DNA from: Macrostomum lignano
Taxonomy: Eukaryota
Assembly: GCA_002269645.1 (NCBI GenBank)
Contig: NIVC01000677.1
Coordinates: 434,001 to 498,000, forward strand
DNA: 64,000 nt
Direction: 5' to 3'
Under the pieces are notes generated by a model. That model did no database searches. It was not told the origin of the DNA and saw only the letters and a list, made by a program, of their open reading frames with translations. Positions 22,541-35,000 of the stretch are shown here, one piece after another. Every line of letters starts with the position of its first letter. Positions within the stretch are counted from its first letter, which is position 1. Position numbers and translations under genes: made by a program.

Positions 22541-22839
22541 TGGAACGCCAGCGTCATTGCCTGGTACAGCAGTAGCTCTCAGTGGCTCCGTGGTGTATTT
22601 TAAGCCAGTAAAAATGCATTGTATTCTTGTGCACTATCGATCGATTTGAGACAGACATCAGCAATTGGGGACGGGTGTTAAAGAAAGTGCACATTTGCTT
22701 TTAAGGCTGTTCTGCCTGTTCCACAGCTGCCAGGCAAGGCGAAATGCTTCACGGATTCAGAGCAACTCTTTGAGAAATTTTTAAAGCTCATCATGCAGGA
22801 AGAAACTCATCGTGGCTTCCTGTTGGGTCCCAGTCCCGG

Positions 22840-23280
22840 ACAAGTTTGGGGAGTTGTGGTCCCAGTCTTGGACTGACTGGGGAGAGTCGGGGTCCTAATC
22901 TCGGACAAACTGGGGAGAGTTGGGGTCCCAATCTCGGACAGACTGGGGAGAGTTGAGTCCTAATCTCGGACAGACTGGGGAAATTTGGGGTCTCAATCTC
23001 GGACAGACTGGGGAGAGTCGAGTCCTAATCTCGGACAGAATGGGGAGAGTCGGGGTCCTAATCTCGGACAGACTGGGGAGAGTCGGGGTCCCAATCTCGG
23101 ACAGACTGGGGAAATTTGGGGTCTCAATCTCGGACAGACTGGGGAGAGTCGGGGTCCCAATCTCGGACAGACTGGGGAAATTTGGGGTCTCAATCTCGGA
23201 CAGACTGGGGAGAGTCGGGGTCCCAATCTCGGACAGACTGGGGAAATTTGGGGTCTCAATCTCGGACAGACCGGGAGAGT
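22840..23280. repeat. 33-bp G-rich minisatellite
   Basis: Unit TGGGGAGAGTCGGGGTCCCAATCTCGGACAGAC alternating with a TGGGGAAATTTGGGGTCTC variant. Confidence 0.95.
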
Positions 23281-23769
23281 TAAGGTTCGAGTCCCTAACA
23301 TGGAGTGACTGTTACTCTTAAAAAAGAGGCCCTTGAAAAATTCACTTCAACTTGAGGTCATTAATCGCGAGCATTTCGAGAGCAGTTAAAATTTTAGTTT
23401 AAAAAATGAACAGCTGGGCAACAATGAGCAACAATGAAGCTGGCAGTTCCGCTTTCATGACAAACTGTGCGCACTTTTTCAACGGTTGAAAGAAGTGCCT
23501 TCGGCTGGGACGGGAAACAATGGAAATTTTTTACTGTCTCTGTCCGCGCTTGAGCAGCGGCCTGAATTCAATTAACCTGCCCTCTCCAGGTACAGGTGAA
23601 AGCCCCGCTTTTCTCTGGCCTGTCTCTCCCCTTTTTCCTTTTTTTGCATTACGAATCCGTCAGAGCTGCGGCTGCGGCTCTCTTAAACTGAAACCCTGGG
23701 CTGCTTCTTTCTAGGGTGTTCTTCAATAATGCCCGCGCTTACCTTCAGTTGCTTGGTGGACCACTGCCA

Positions 23770-24270
23770 CCTCCTCAGATCCTCAGTTGGTGAGTCATCC
23801 TCCCAGATCCTCAGTTGCTGGTCACCGCCAGCCTCCCAGATCCTCAGTTGTTGGGCCACCAGCCTCCCAGATCCTTAGTTGCTGAGCCAGCCTCCCAGAT
23901 CCTCGTTGCTAGGCCAGCCTCCCAGATCCTCCGTTGCTGGGCCACGAGCCTCCCAGATCCTCCGTTGCTGGGCCACGAGGCTCCCAGATCCTCCGTTGCT
24001 GGGCCACGAGCCTCCCAGATCCTCCGTTGCTGGGCCACGAGGCTCCCAGATCCTCCGTTGCTGGGCCACGAGCCTCCCAGATCCTCAGTTACTGGGCCAC
24101 GAGCCTCCCAGATCCTCAGTTACTGGGCCACCAGTCACCCAGATCCTCAGTTACTGGGCCACCAGCCTCCCAGATCCTCAGTTGCTGGTCACCGCCATCT
24201 TCCCAGAGTGTCAGTTGCTGGGCCAGCCCCCCAGATCCTCAGTTTCTGGTCCCCACCAGCCTCCCAGATT
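23770..24270. repeat. 31-bp minisatellite
   Basis: Unit GCCACGAGCCTCCCAGATCCTC(C/A)GTT(G/A)CTGG. Confidence 0.93.
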
Positions 24271-24809
24271 GAAAATTGACTTTCTTGACAGGTTGAACTC
24301 AGGTGAGTCAAGTAAGCTCAGCCACTGCAGGTAAAAGAGAGTCAACACTGTCCTGAGGCGGACTTTCAATTGATTTATTGCTCCAAAAGTGGATCGTGTG
24401 CTCAAATCCGCCAGCTGCAGGCAGCTCAAAGCCCGGGAAGATCGATGAGGCCCAGAATCCTCTCAGATTCAGGAGGTCAGAAAGTTTTGCCCAGGGAGAA
24501 GCCGCATCCTCACTTCTTCACCTCCCCAAGTGCAGGAAACTTGCGAGTGCCACTGAAAGCGTGGGCAGAAATTTACACGGGGAAGCAGTCTGGGGATTGG
24601 GGAGACAATTGCACAGTGTGGGGAATCCAACCCAGCTGATTGGTCCTGCCGTTCTGTTCCCCACTTGCTTCCAGCTGGGGTGCAGCGCGGGGGCTTAAAA
24701 AAGACAAGACCATAACGGTTGCCCGCGGCGCTCTTCACCACCTGCCACTCACGCAAGAGGCACAGCCAGGTAAGGCAAACTCAGTGGTCGAAAAACAGCA
24801 ACAATCGAC

Positions 24810-25323
24810 ATGCCGATTCCGCCTAAGGCACCGACAATCCTGGTGTCGGCGGTGACTCACCAGTCCATCGAGCTCAGCTGGGAGCCGTTCTACGCCAAGC
24901 TCAGCGCCGCCCTTGGCCCAGACGACGGCAAACTGAAGGTGGAGGTGCAGCTGCGAAAGGGCGACGCCTGGGACATGGTCTACCGCGGCTTCGACACCAA
25001 GTGCACCTGCCGGGGCCTGCAGGACAGCGAGAACTACTACGCCAGATTCCGGTTCGGCAACAACAGCGGCTGGGGCGACTTCTCGGAGGAGAAGCAGGTG
25101 AAAACCGAACGGAAGCCGTTCACTGGCGAGGACGTGCACCGCTACCTGCGCCGGCAGGACGAGTTCGAGCTGCGCCGGGTGCTGCAGACCGGCGAGGTCA
25201 GCGCCGACACGCCGGATGAGAAAGGCTTCAGCCCGCTGATGCACGCCGCTCTGGCTAGCCGGGCCATCCTGTGCGAGCTGCTGCTCGAGTTCGGAGCCGA
25301 CGTCAACTGGTGCGGCGAGAGCG
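24810..25323 (+). CDS. FANK1: FANK1 exon 1 (FN3 domain and first ankyrin repeats)
   Basis: VSAVTHQSIELSW...VYRGFDTK...GLQDSENYYARFR (FN3), then ankyrin GFSPLMHAA...GADVN. Donor GTGAGT at 25324, phase 1. Confidence 0.9.
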
Positions 25324-25419
25324 GTGAGTGAGCGGCAGACGCAAACACATTTCTTTGGGACTTGTGCACCAAAACTTGGCCTTGGGGGGGGAGGGGTTGT
25401 CGTGCGATTCACAGCCATG

Positions 25420-25600
25420 AGGGCCAGCCCCCAAGGCGCAGAGAGTGTGCATGTCTGACGATGAGAAAGTCAGGGCCGCTGTGCACCCTGCGTGAGCGTG
25501 TTGGCGCGCTTGCATGTGCTCAGGAGTCAGCGGAACGGGCAGTTGCCTCAGCGCTGGTTGTGGGACGGTGTCGCACACGCATAATTAATAATAATTGTGT
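25420..25600 (+). mobile_element. SINE family A, headless copy
   Basis: CCCCCAAGGCGCAG...AAAGTCAGGGCCGCTGTGCACCCTG...GTGCTCAGG...TTGCCTCAGCGCTGG, ATAATAAT tail. Confidence 0.7.
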
Positions 25601-25611
25601 ACACCTGCCCT

Positions 25612-25890
25612 AACGGCTAGATGTGCAACCGACAGCTCAGTCGCAGCTATTGCGCGGCGCATCTGAAGGCTGCGTACGGCTGTTCAGTCCAAGGACTGGG
25701 GGGGGGGGTCTCCACACACACTTTCAACTACCCCAGCTAGTGCTGGCACCCATTTTACAGCTGGGTGAACTGAAGCAATGCAGAGTTAAGCGTCTTGCTC
25801 AAGGACACAAATTGTTCCGAGTGAGTTAAAAATCGAACCCCCGACCTTCAAGTCGTGAGTCCGACGCTCTGACCGCTAGGCTGCAACCCG
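25612..25890 (-). mobile_element. CORE-like (MIR-like) tRNA-SINE, family B
   Basis: Reverse complement matches 43647-43930 and 55641-55920 along its whole length. Confidence 0.8.
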
Positions 25891-26769
25891 CACACGCATC
25901 ATGCACTAGAAGCAGGCTCATACGCTTGGTGAGGCGCTCCTGAGTGAAAGTAAACAGTTAGATTAGTGCACACAGATGAGGTGGCTTATAACTTTTGGCT
26001 TACAACCGCGAAGCCGTGAATGTGAACGTTGAGTGCTTCTTCATCTGAAAAGTTTGCTTTCTCTCCTGGATTCTAGGGAATTTTCCCCGTGGAAAGAAAC
26101 AATTGCTAGCAACTCAATTCTTTGGCAATTAGCTCCTCCTCAGCCCGTCGTAGACAATGCGAGCGATGTAACGACAGGACAGCTTCCCTACCTGTGCTTC
26201 ATCAATTTCCAATGCCAGCAAACTTCATAGTCTTTCTGGCTCTCAGCTGCAGCCACTGCAGCCCTCCAGTTTTTCAACTGCCTGGCGACAAAACGACGCT
26301 ACGGCCTCTCTTCCAGCAAACTGGCCGCCTGCAGTGGGGGCTGCTTTTTTGTTTTATTGTGTCTACCAGTCTGTTGGAGTGGCTGTTGGCAACTGCAGCT
26401 GATGAGGGGGAGGGCTTCCCGGCGCTATGATGCCCCCCCCAAGACCCAGCCTCCGACCCCCGCTGGGGTCTGACATCCTCTGTGAGCGTGGGCTGGCCCT
26501 GCTGGTTGGACTGCGGAGGAGGCAGCTGAGCCTCACTGTCCCGCTGTCCTTGTCTCACCGCTCCTGCCCCATCCTCTCCTCCCTGTACTCAAGCTTGAGT
26601 CTGCTGCTTGAGTCCCACTCTTCTGGCCAGCATCCCGACTTCCCTGCCCCGCTTCCGACTCTTTATCTGGTGTTGCTCTTCCTGTATTCGGATGTTGAAT
26701 GATGTTGCCTTTTTTGTTGCGTTCAGCACCTGTCCATTCTGTGACTGCGACTGTTGCTTTCTGCCGGCT

Positions 26770-26985
26770 TTCTTCTGGTCTCTCTCCTCTTCTCTCTTTC
26801 CCTGTCTGTTTGCCTCTCTCTTCTCTTTCTCTGATCTCTCTCCTCTCTTCTCTCTTCTCTCTTCTCTCTTTTCTCTCCTCTCCTCTCTTCTCTTCTCTCT
26901 TCTCTTTTATCTCTTCTCTCTCTTCTTTTCTCTATTCTCTTCTCTATCCTCGCTTCCACTCTTCCTGCTCTCCCCTCTCTACACC
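26770..26985. repeat. CT-rich low-complexity tract
   Basis: TCTC/TTCTC runs. Confidence 0.85.
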
Positions 26986-27428
26986 ACCTAAATTCCAAAG
27001 TTTGCTTAACGCCACTCTTTCCTTTTTTAGTCTAGCAACCAACCCGAGGCTCTCAAAGCATTCCCCTACGCGAGAGGTCGCAGCGAATTCAGTTCCCAGC
27101 CAAATGATTATCCTTCTGGCTCTTCGCAAGCGCTTGAGTGCCGCTGAAAAATCCACAGAATTCAAGGCATCTCGCCTAGCTGAATTGATTGACAGGTTGG
27201 AAAGTAAAAACTGAAATTCTACATGCATTAATGAGTTGTAATTTGGAAATGCGAGCAGACTTGGAATTAAAATGCTCTGCTAAGATGAATAGGTAATCTT
27301 GCGCTAGTATGGCTTGGAAATCATTGGTTAGAAAACTGAATGAGACGGCACGCTGGGCTTCTAGTGCTTAAACGCATGTGAGCTGACTTTGAGAAGAGAA
27401 GTGCTGTTCTGAGAAGAGCCGTCGGTAT

Positions 27429-30156
27429 GACACTGGAGTGACTCACAACCACAGAGATGAGCGACACTGGAGTGACTCACAACCACAGAGATGAGCGACA
27501 CTGGAGTGACTCACAACCACAGAGATGAGCGACACTGGAGTGACTCACAACCACAGAGATGAGCGACACTGGAGTGACTCACAACCACAGAGATGAGTGA
27601 CACTGGAGTGACTCACAACCACAGAGATGAGTGACACTGGAGTGACTCATAACCACAGAGATGACTGACACTGGAGTGACTCATAACCACAGAGATGACT
27701 GACACTGGAGTGACTCATAACCACAGAGATGACTGACACTGGAGTGACTCACAACCACAGAGATGAGTGACACTGGAGTGACTCACAACCACAGAGATGA
27801 GCGACACTGGAGTGACTCACAAGCACAGAGATGAGCGACACTGGAGTGACTCACAAGCACAGAGATGAGTGACACTGGAGTGACTCATAACCACAGAGAT
27901 GAGCGACACTGGAGTGACTCACAAGCACAGAGATGAGCGACACTGGAGTGACTCACAACCACAGAGATGAGTGACACTGGAGTGACTCACAACCACAGAG
28001 ATGAGTGACACTGGAGTGACTCACAACCACAGAGATGAGTGACACTGGAGTGACTCACAACCACAGAGATGAGTGACACTGGAGTGACTCACAACCACAG
28101 AGATGAGTGACACTGGAGTGACTCACAACCACAGAGATGAGTGACACTGGAGTGACTCATAACCACAGAGATGACTGACACTGGAGTGACTCATAACCAC
28201 AGAGATGAGCGACACTGGAGTGACTCATAACCACAGAGATGAGTGACACTGGAGTGACTCACAACCACAGAGATGAGCGACACTGGAGTGACTCATAACC
28301 ACAGAGATGAGCGACACTGGAGTGACTCATAACCACAGAGATGAGTGACACTGGAGTGACTCACAACCACAGAGATGAGTGACACTGGAGTGACTCATAA
28401 CCACAGAGATGAGTGAAACTGGAGTGACTCACAACCACAGAGATGAGCGACACTGGAGTGACTCATAACCACAGAGATGAGCGACACTGGAGTGACTCAT
28501 AACCACAGAGATGAGCGACACTGGAGTGACTCATAACCACAGAGATGAGTGACACTGGAGTGACTCACAACCACAGAGATGAGTGACACTGGAGTGACTC
28601 ACAACCACAGAGATGGGCGACACTGGAGTGACTCACAACCACAGAGATGAGTGACACTGGAGTAACTCATAACCACAGAGATGAGTGACACTGGAGTGAC
28701 TCATAACCACAGAGATGAGCGACACTGGAGTGACTCATAACCACAGAGATGAGTGACACTGGAGTGACTCACAACCACAGAGATGAGCGACACTGGAGTG
28801 ACTCACAACCACAGAGATGAGCGACACTGGAGTGACTCATAACCACAGAGATGAGTGACACTGGAGTGACTCACAACCACAGAGATGAGTGACACTGGAG
28901 TGACTCACAAGCACAGAGATGAGCGACACTGGAGTGACTCATAACCACAGAGATGAGCGACACTGGAGTGACTCACAAGCACAGAGATGAGTGACACTGG
29001 AGTGACTCACAACCACAGAGATGAGCGACACTGGAGTGACTCATAACCACAGAGATGAGCGACACTGGAGTGACTCACAACCACAGAGATGAGCGACACT
29101 GGAGTGACTCAAAACCACAGAGATGACTGACACTGGAGTGACTCACAACCACAGAGATGAGCAACACTGGAGTGACTCACAACCACAGAGATGAGCGACA
29201 CTGGAGTGACTCACAACCACAGAGATGAGCGACACTGGAGTGACTCACAACCACAGAGATGAGTGACACTGGAGTGACTCATAACCACAGAGATGAGTGA
29301 CACTGGAGTGACTCACAACCACAGAGATGAGTGACACTGGAGTGACTCACAACCACAGAGATGAGCGACACTGGAGTGACTCATAACCACAGAGATGAGT
29401 GACACTGGAGTGACTCACAACCACAGAGATGAGCGACACTGGAGTGACTCATAACCACAGAGATGAGTGACACTGGGGTGACTCACAACCACAGAGATGA
29501 GTGACACTGGAGTGACTCACAACCACAGAGATGGGCGACACTGGAGTGACTCACAACCACAGAGATGAGTGACACTGGAGTAACTCATAACCACAGAGAT
29601 GAGTGACACTGGAGTGACTCACAACCACAGAGATAAGTGACACTGGAGTGACTCACAACCACAGAGATGAGTGACACTGGAGTGACTCACAACCACAGAG
29701 ATGAGTGACACTGGAGTGACTCACAACCACAGAGATGAGTGACACTGGAGTGACTCACAACCACAGAGATGAGTGACACTGGAGTGACTCACAACCACAG
29801 AGATGAGTGACACTGGAGTGACTCACAACCACAGAGATGGGCGACACTGGAGTGACTCACAACCACAGAGATGAGTGACACTGGAGTAACTCATAACCAC
29901 AGAGATGAGTGACACTGGAGTGACTCACAACCACAGAGATGAGTGACGCTGGAGTGACTCACAACCACAGAGATGAGTGACACTGGAGTGACTCACAAGC
30001 ACAGAGATGAGCGACACTGGAGTGACTCACAACCACAGAGATGAGCGACACTGGAGTGACTCACAACCACAGAGATGAGTGACACTGGAGTGACTCACAA
30101 CCACAGAGATGAGCGACACTGGAGTGACTCACAACCACAGAGATGAGCGACACTGG
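27429..30156. repeat. 34-bp minisatellite (~80 copies) in FANK1 intron
   Basis: Unit GACACTGGAGTGACTCA(C/T)AACCACAGAGATGAG(C/T), period 34 measured at 27431/27465. Confidence 0.97.
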
Positions 30157-30227
30157 TGTATCCAAAGGCATAAGCCCCTCTGAACCGTTGTCAGCAATGG
30201 CACCAATTCACCACCACAACGCCGCAG

Positions 30228-30727
30228 GCAAGACCGCCCTTATGCTGGTGGCCTACAAGGGCATCCAGGACAGCGTGGAGTTCCTGCTCGACCGCGGCGC
30301 CTCAGTGCAGCAGCGCGATCGCAAGGGCATGTCGGCTCTGCACTACGCCGTTGACGGCGAGAAGGTCGATGTCATCAAGGCGCTGCTCGCCCACGGCGCT
30401 GACGTCGCCAGCCGGGACACGACCGGCTGCAGCCCGCTGGTCCGCTGCGCCATGCTGAAGAACAACGGCAACGCCAACGTCGCCAAAGTACTGCTGGGCG
30501 CCGGCGCCAATCCCGACGACTCCGACGACACGAGGCAGTGCGCGCTGTTTTACTGCACCCTGCACCGGCACGCCAAGATGGCGGAGCTGCTGCTGGAGGC
30601 CGGCGCGGACCCGAGGGCTCAGACAGAGTCGGGCGTGACGGCCATGTCGGTGGCCGAGGGCCAGGACAGTCGCGTGATGCGCACCCTGCTGGAGAAGTAC
30701 ATCGAGAAGCGGAAGCGGGCGCAATGA
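30228..30727 (+). CDS. FANK1: FANK1 exon 2 (ankyrin repeats); spliced CDS 1014 nt, 337 aa
   Basis: Acceptor CAG 30225-30227. The junction G|GC gives ESGKTALMLVAYKG..., then SALHYAVDG, SPLVRCA, ending EKYIEKRKRAQ. FN3 plus ankyrin layout matches FANK1. Confidence 0.9.
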
Positions 30728-31992
30728 CCCCTTGATACGAGCTATTGCATATAAAAATATCGATTCTCGAAATCAAATATTGAAAATTTCATATTGCGTA
30801 TATTCTTACGAGTCCGTTACCGTCGCAAGGTTGAGCCTGGAGATGTTTGTGTAACATAGGGCGCTTTCGAGTAGCTGCTAATGTGCTACTGTTTTATTTT
30901 AATACTGATTGACAATTAAGAACTTAATCACAAGCATAGATCACTGCTGCTATCCATAAAGGCTTTGATAGTAAAGAGGCTACTCGATCGCGCCCTAGAT
31001 CTCATTTTAGCTCGTAATTTGCTCTTTATAACCAAGCACAGGGATGTATTTCGATGACGTGGAACTGAATTTTCTGGAACTGTGTCTATGGTCGAATTGG
31101 GCAGTTATGGCCATAGACAGTTGGGCATTGGGGACAGAAAGTTTTGCAGGAACTTCGGCTAATTTTGCCAAAATTCATGCAAACATTCCAGCTCTGTTAT
31201 ATTTGATACTGTTGAATTGTGACTAAGTGACCTCCGATCTGCAAGATTTTGCCCTTGAAATATCTAGAATTAAAATTTCAGCCATATCTTTGAATTCTTG
31301 CACACCTCAGTTAACGAATAATTTCCCATAGGTTAATCCATCAGTCCGTTTGTCATCCCATAATTCAAGCACAATGCCGAGGTACTTTACGATCTAGATG
31401 TCAATATAAAGTAAGACACCCTTTTCACTTTTCAATGCAACCATACTGATGTCACCTGACTAAGCACACTCATACTTGATACTCAGAAAAACCGAAACCT
31501 ATGCTTTAAATACAGTTTTGCTGTAATTTACTGCTTAGCTACTTTCAGTAGCCAATAAGTGCACGGTTGCCCGACCAAGCAACAAAAAAGCAAAAGTGTA
31601 AAACTAAACCGTCGAAAGATGACCGACTGACAAACAGAATATGACTGGGAAAGCAGAAGCAAACACAAATTACAGAAAGGACACCGGGACACCCTGCGGC
31701 TGTGGAGACTGGCAGACCGCAGACAGACAGCAGAGGGTGAGGGGGGGGGGGCAGCAGCTCCAGCCGGCAGTGCAAATATGAAACGAATCTATGAGGCCAG
31801 CTTCTCATGATAGGCCAGCAACCAAACACTGCTCTGCACTCGTGCTGCGCGTGAGAGCCATGCAGAGCCCTCAGCCCGCAAACAGAGCCCGCCACTTGCA
31901 GTGCGATCTGCACAGAGTTAAAAGGGCAAACACCAGCTCGATGGGAGGGAAGGTGCAGCTTAGCGAAGTTCGACCCGGTTTCTGCCCAGGCA

Positions 31993-32601
31993 ATGTCGTC
32001 GGCCTTAGCGAGCGCTCGCAGCCGCCGCAGTCGCAGCGCCTCGGCCTTGGCCTCGCGTCAACGTCGTCGAGTCTTTGAAATCCGGCGAGACGAATCAACA
32101 GGCGGCGGCGTGGATAGCGCAGACCGACGCGGCGACAAAGGAGGCCCCTCAGAGTCCGCCACGGTGGAGACGGGCAGCGCGCGCTACCGACTGGCAGCGC
32201 AGATCGGCGAGGGCGCCTTCGGTCGGACCTACCTGGCCAGCCGGCTCTCCGCCAAGGACGACACCGCCAACAGCCGCAGACACCGCCAGGTGGTCATCAA
32301 GGCGATGAAATTGCCGGATCGCGACGATGGACTTGGCGGCGGATTCGATCTGCACCGGCGCAGCCTGGCCTCCATGGACATTGTGCGGAGCATCGCCCAC
32401 GCCGACACCTGCCAGCACCCATTCATCGCCAAGCTGCTGGATTGGCGCTTTGCCCTGCGGCCGGACGAGGCCCCGCTGGAGGTGTACGAGTATTGCCAGG
32501 CCGGCGACGCCCTCGGGCTGCTGGATCACGTGGGTGCCGCCGACGAACTGCATAGAGAGGCCGTCAACCTGCAGGTCCACGTGCTCTACTTGGGAGTGCA
32601 G
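31993..32601 (+). CDS. divergent protein kinase exon 1 (N-lobe)
   Basis: IGEGAFGRTY Gly loop, VVIK, HPFIAKL, VYEYCQAGD. Donor CAG|GTTCGC at 32602, phase 0. The acceptor-like TTCTGCCCAG just before the ATG means upstream exons are possible. Confidence 0.85.
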
Positions 32602-32611
32602 GTTCGCCTTC

Positions 32612-33537
32612 TACTCCTGTCTCTCCCTCAAACTCCTGTCTCTCCCTCAAACTCTTGTCTCTCCCTCACACTCCTGTCTCTCCCCCAAACTCCTGTCTCT
32701 CCCTCAAACTCTTGTCTCTCCCTCACACTCCTGTCTCTCCCTCACACTCCTGTCTCTCCCTCACACTCCTGTCTCTCCCTCAAACTCCTGTCTCTCCCTC
32801 AAACTCTTGTCTCTCCCTCACACTCCTGTCTCTCCCTCACACTCCTGTCTCTCCCTCAAACTCCTGTCTCTCCCTCCAACTCCTGTCTCTCCCTCAAACT
32901 CTTGTCTCTCCCTCACACTCCTGTCTCTCCCTCAAACTCCTGTCTCTCCCTCAAACTCCTGTCTCTCCCTCACACTCCTGTCTCTCCCTCACACTCCTGT
33001 CTCTCCCTCAAACTCCTGTCTCTCCCCCAAACTCCTGTCTCTCCCTCAAACTCCTGTCTCTCCCTCAAACTCCTGTCTCTCCCTCAAACTCTTGTCTCTC
33101 CCTCAAACTCCTGTCTCTCCCCAAACTCCTGTCTCTCCCTCAAACTCCTGTCTCTCCCTCACACTCCTGTCTCTCCCTCACACTCCTGTCTCTCCCTCAA
33201 ACTCCTGTCTCTCCCTCACACTCCTGTCTCTCCCTCAAACTCCTGTCTCTCCCTCAAACTCCTGTCTCTCCCTCAAACTCTTGTCTCTCCCTCAAACTCC
33301 TGTCTCTCCCTCAAACTCCTGTCTCTCCCTCAAACTCCTGTCTCTCCCTCAAACTCCTGTCTCTCCCTCAAACTCCTGTCTCTCCCTCAAACTCCTGTCT
33401 CTCCCCCAAACTCCTGTCTCTCCCTCAAACTCCTGTCTCTCCCCCAAACTCCTGTCTCTCCCTCAAACTCCTGTCTCTCCCTCAAACTCTTGTCTCTCCC
33501 TCAACTCCTGTCTCTCCCTCACACTCCTGTCTCTCCC
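32612..33537. repeat. 19-bp CT-rich minisatellite filling the kinase intron
   Basis: Unit TGTCTCTCCCTCA(A/C)ACTC(C/T). Confidence 0.95.
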
Positions 33538-33547
33538 TTCGCCCTAG

Positions 33548-34264
33548 GTGGCGGAGGCCATCAGCTACCTGCACGAGAGCGGCTTCATTCACTTTGATTT
33601 GAAGCTGGACAATGTCTTTATCGACGCTCTCGGAGACGCGAAATTGGGCGACTTCGGCCTCGCCCAGCCCTGCAGACTGGGCGGCCGCCTGCGGAATCCC
33701 TACAGCTACTGGCGCTCCTGCCGCGACGCCGCCTCGTTCACCGCCGTCCGCTGGGTGCCGCCGGAGCAGCTGACTGAGTCGTCGGCAACTCTAGTGGACC
33801 ACACGGTGGACTGGTTCAGCCTGGGCGCCCTGCTCTTCCACCTGGCCTACAGGCGGCTGCCCTTCGAGGAGCACCGAACTCGAGCCCTAGCCGGTGTCGA
33901 CGATCTCGACGACGATGGAGCCGGAAAAGAAGAGGACGACAATATTAGGAAGAAGCGTCGCTACCTACGACTTTGGCGGGCCGAGCCGCGACCCCGGGTC
34001 GACGAGCGGCCCAAACTAAACCAGAGATTCAAGAACCTGCTGTACAACCTGCTGGCGCACGATCCCAGCCGTCGCCTCGGCGGCTGCGACGCCGTGTTCC
34101 AACATTTGCACCGACTTTGCAGCGCCCTCCAGCTAGGCTGGTTCGACTCGGCCTCTTGCGACGATGTGGACAGAATGCGCCGTCTGGTGCGCAGCCGCGC
34201 CATCAGCCGGCCCTACCGGCTGCGCCTCGTGCAGATCGGCGCCGCGGTGGGCGAATCTCGCTGA
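33548..34264 (+). CDS. divergent protein kinase exon 2 (C-lobe); spliced product 441 aa
   Basis: Acceptor TAG 33545-33547; YLHESGFIHFDLKLDN, DFG, WVPPE, DWFSLG, DPSRRLG. Confidence 0.88.
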   Translation: MAEAISYLHESGFIHFDLKLDNVFIDALGDAKLGDFGLAQPCRLGGRLRNPYSYWRSCRDAASFTAVRWVPPEQLTESSATLVDHTVDWFSLGALLFHLAYRRLPFEEHRTRALAGVDDLDDDGAGKEEDDNIRKKRRYLRLWRAEPRPRVDERPKLNQRFKNLLYNLLAHDPSRRLGGCDAVFQHLHRLCSALQLGWFDSASCDDVDRMRRLVRSRAISRPYRLRLVQIGAAVGESR

Positions 34265-35000
34265 GAATCTCACAGAGTGATGACGCCACTCAGACTCTCA
34301 TTAAGAATCTCGTTGAGAATCTCATCGAGTGATGACGCCACTCAGACTCTCATTAAGAATCTCGCTGAGAATCTCATCGAGTGATGACGCCACTCAGACT
34401 CTCATTAAGAATCTCGCTGAAAATCTCATTGAGTGATGACGCCACTCAGACTCTCATTAAGAATCTCGTTGAGAATCTCATCGAGTGATGACGCCACTCA
34501 GACTCTCATTAAGAATCTCGCTGAGAATCTCATCGAGTGATGACGCCACTCAGACTCTCATTAAGAATCTCGCTGAGAATCTCATCGAGTGATGACGCCA
34601 CTCAGACTCTCATTAAGAATCTCGCTGAAAATCTCATTGAGTGATGACGCCACTCAGACTCTCATTAAGAATCTCGTTGAGAATCTCATCGAGTGATGAC
34701 GCCACTCAGACTCTCATTAAGAATCTCGCTGAGAATCTCATCGAGTGATGACGCCACTCAGACTCTCATTAAGAATCTCGCTGAAAATCTCATTGAGTGA
34801 TGACGCCACTCAGACTCTCATTAAGAATCTCGCTGAGAATCTCATCGAGTGATGACGCCACTCAGACTCTCATTAAGAATCTCGTTGAGAATCTCATCGA
34901 GTGATGACGCCACTCAGACTCTCATTAAGAATCTCGCTGAGAATCTCATCGAGTGATGTCGCCACTCAGACTCTCATTAAAAATCTCGCTGAAAATCTTC
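34253..35000. repeat. 52-bp minisatellite (~14 copies)
   Basis: Unit GAATCTCG(C/T)TGAGAATCTCATCGAGTGATGACGCCACTCAGACTCTCATTAA, decaying into degenerate copies to ~35115. Confidence 0.95.

Noticed and set aside
24770-24798. 29-nt GT-AG mini-intron upstream of the FANK1 ATG
   Set aside because: Much shorter than the smallest supported intron here (70 nt); no evidence without RNA data.
26000-27230. Coding-looking fragments in the FANK1 intron
   Set aside because: No motif recognised; ORFs are largely driven by the CT-rich tract.
27429-30156. CRISPR-like appearance of 29-39-bp repeats (also 63798-64000)
   Set aside because: Units are directly adjacent with no unique spacers, there are no cas genes, and the context is a eukaryotic intron.
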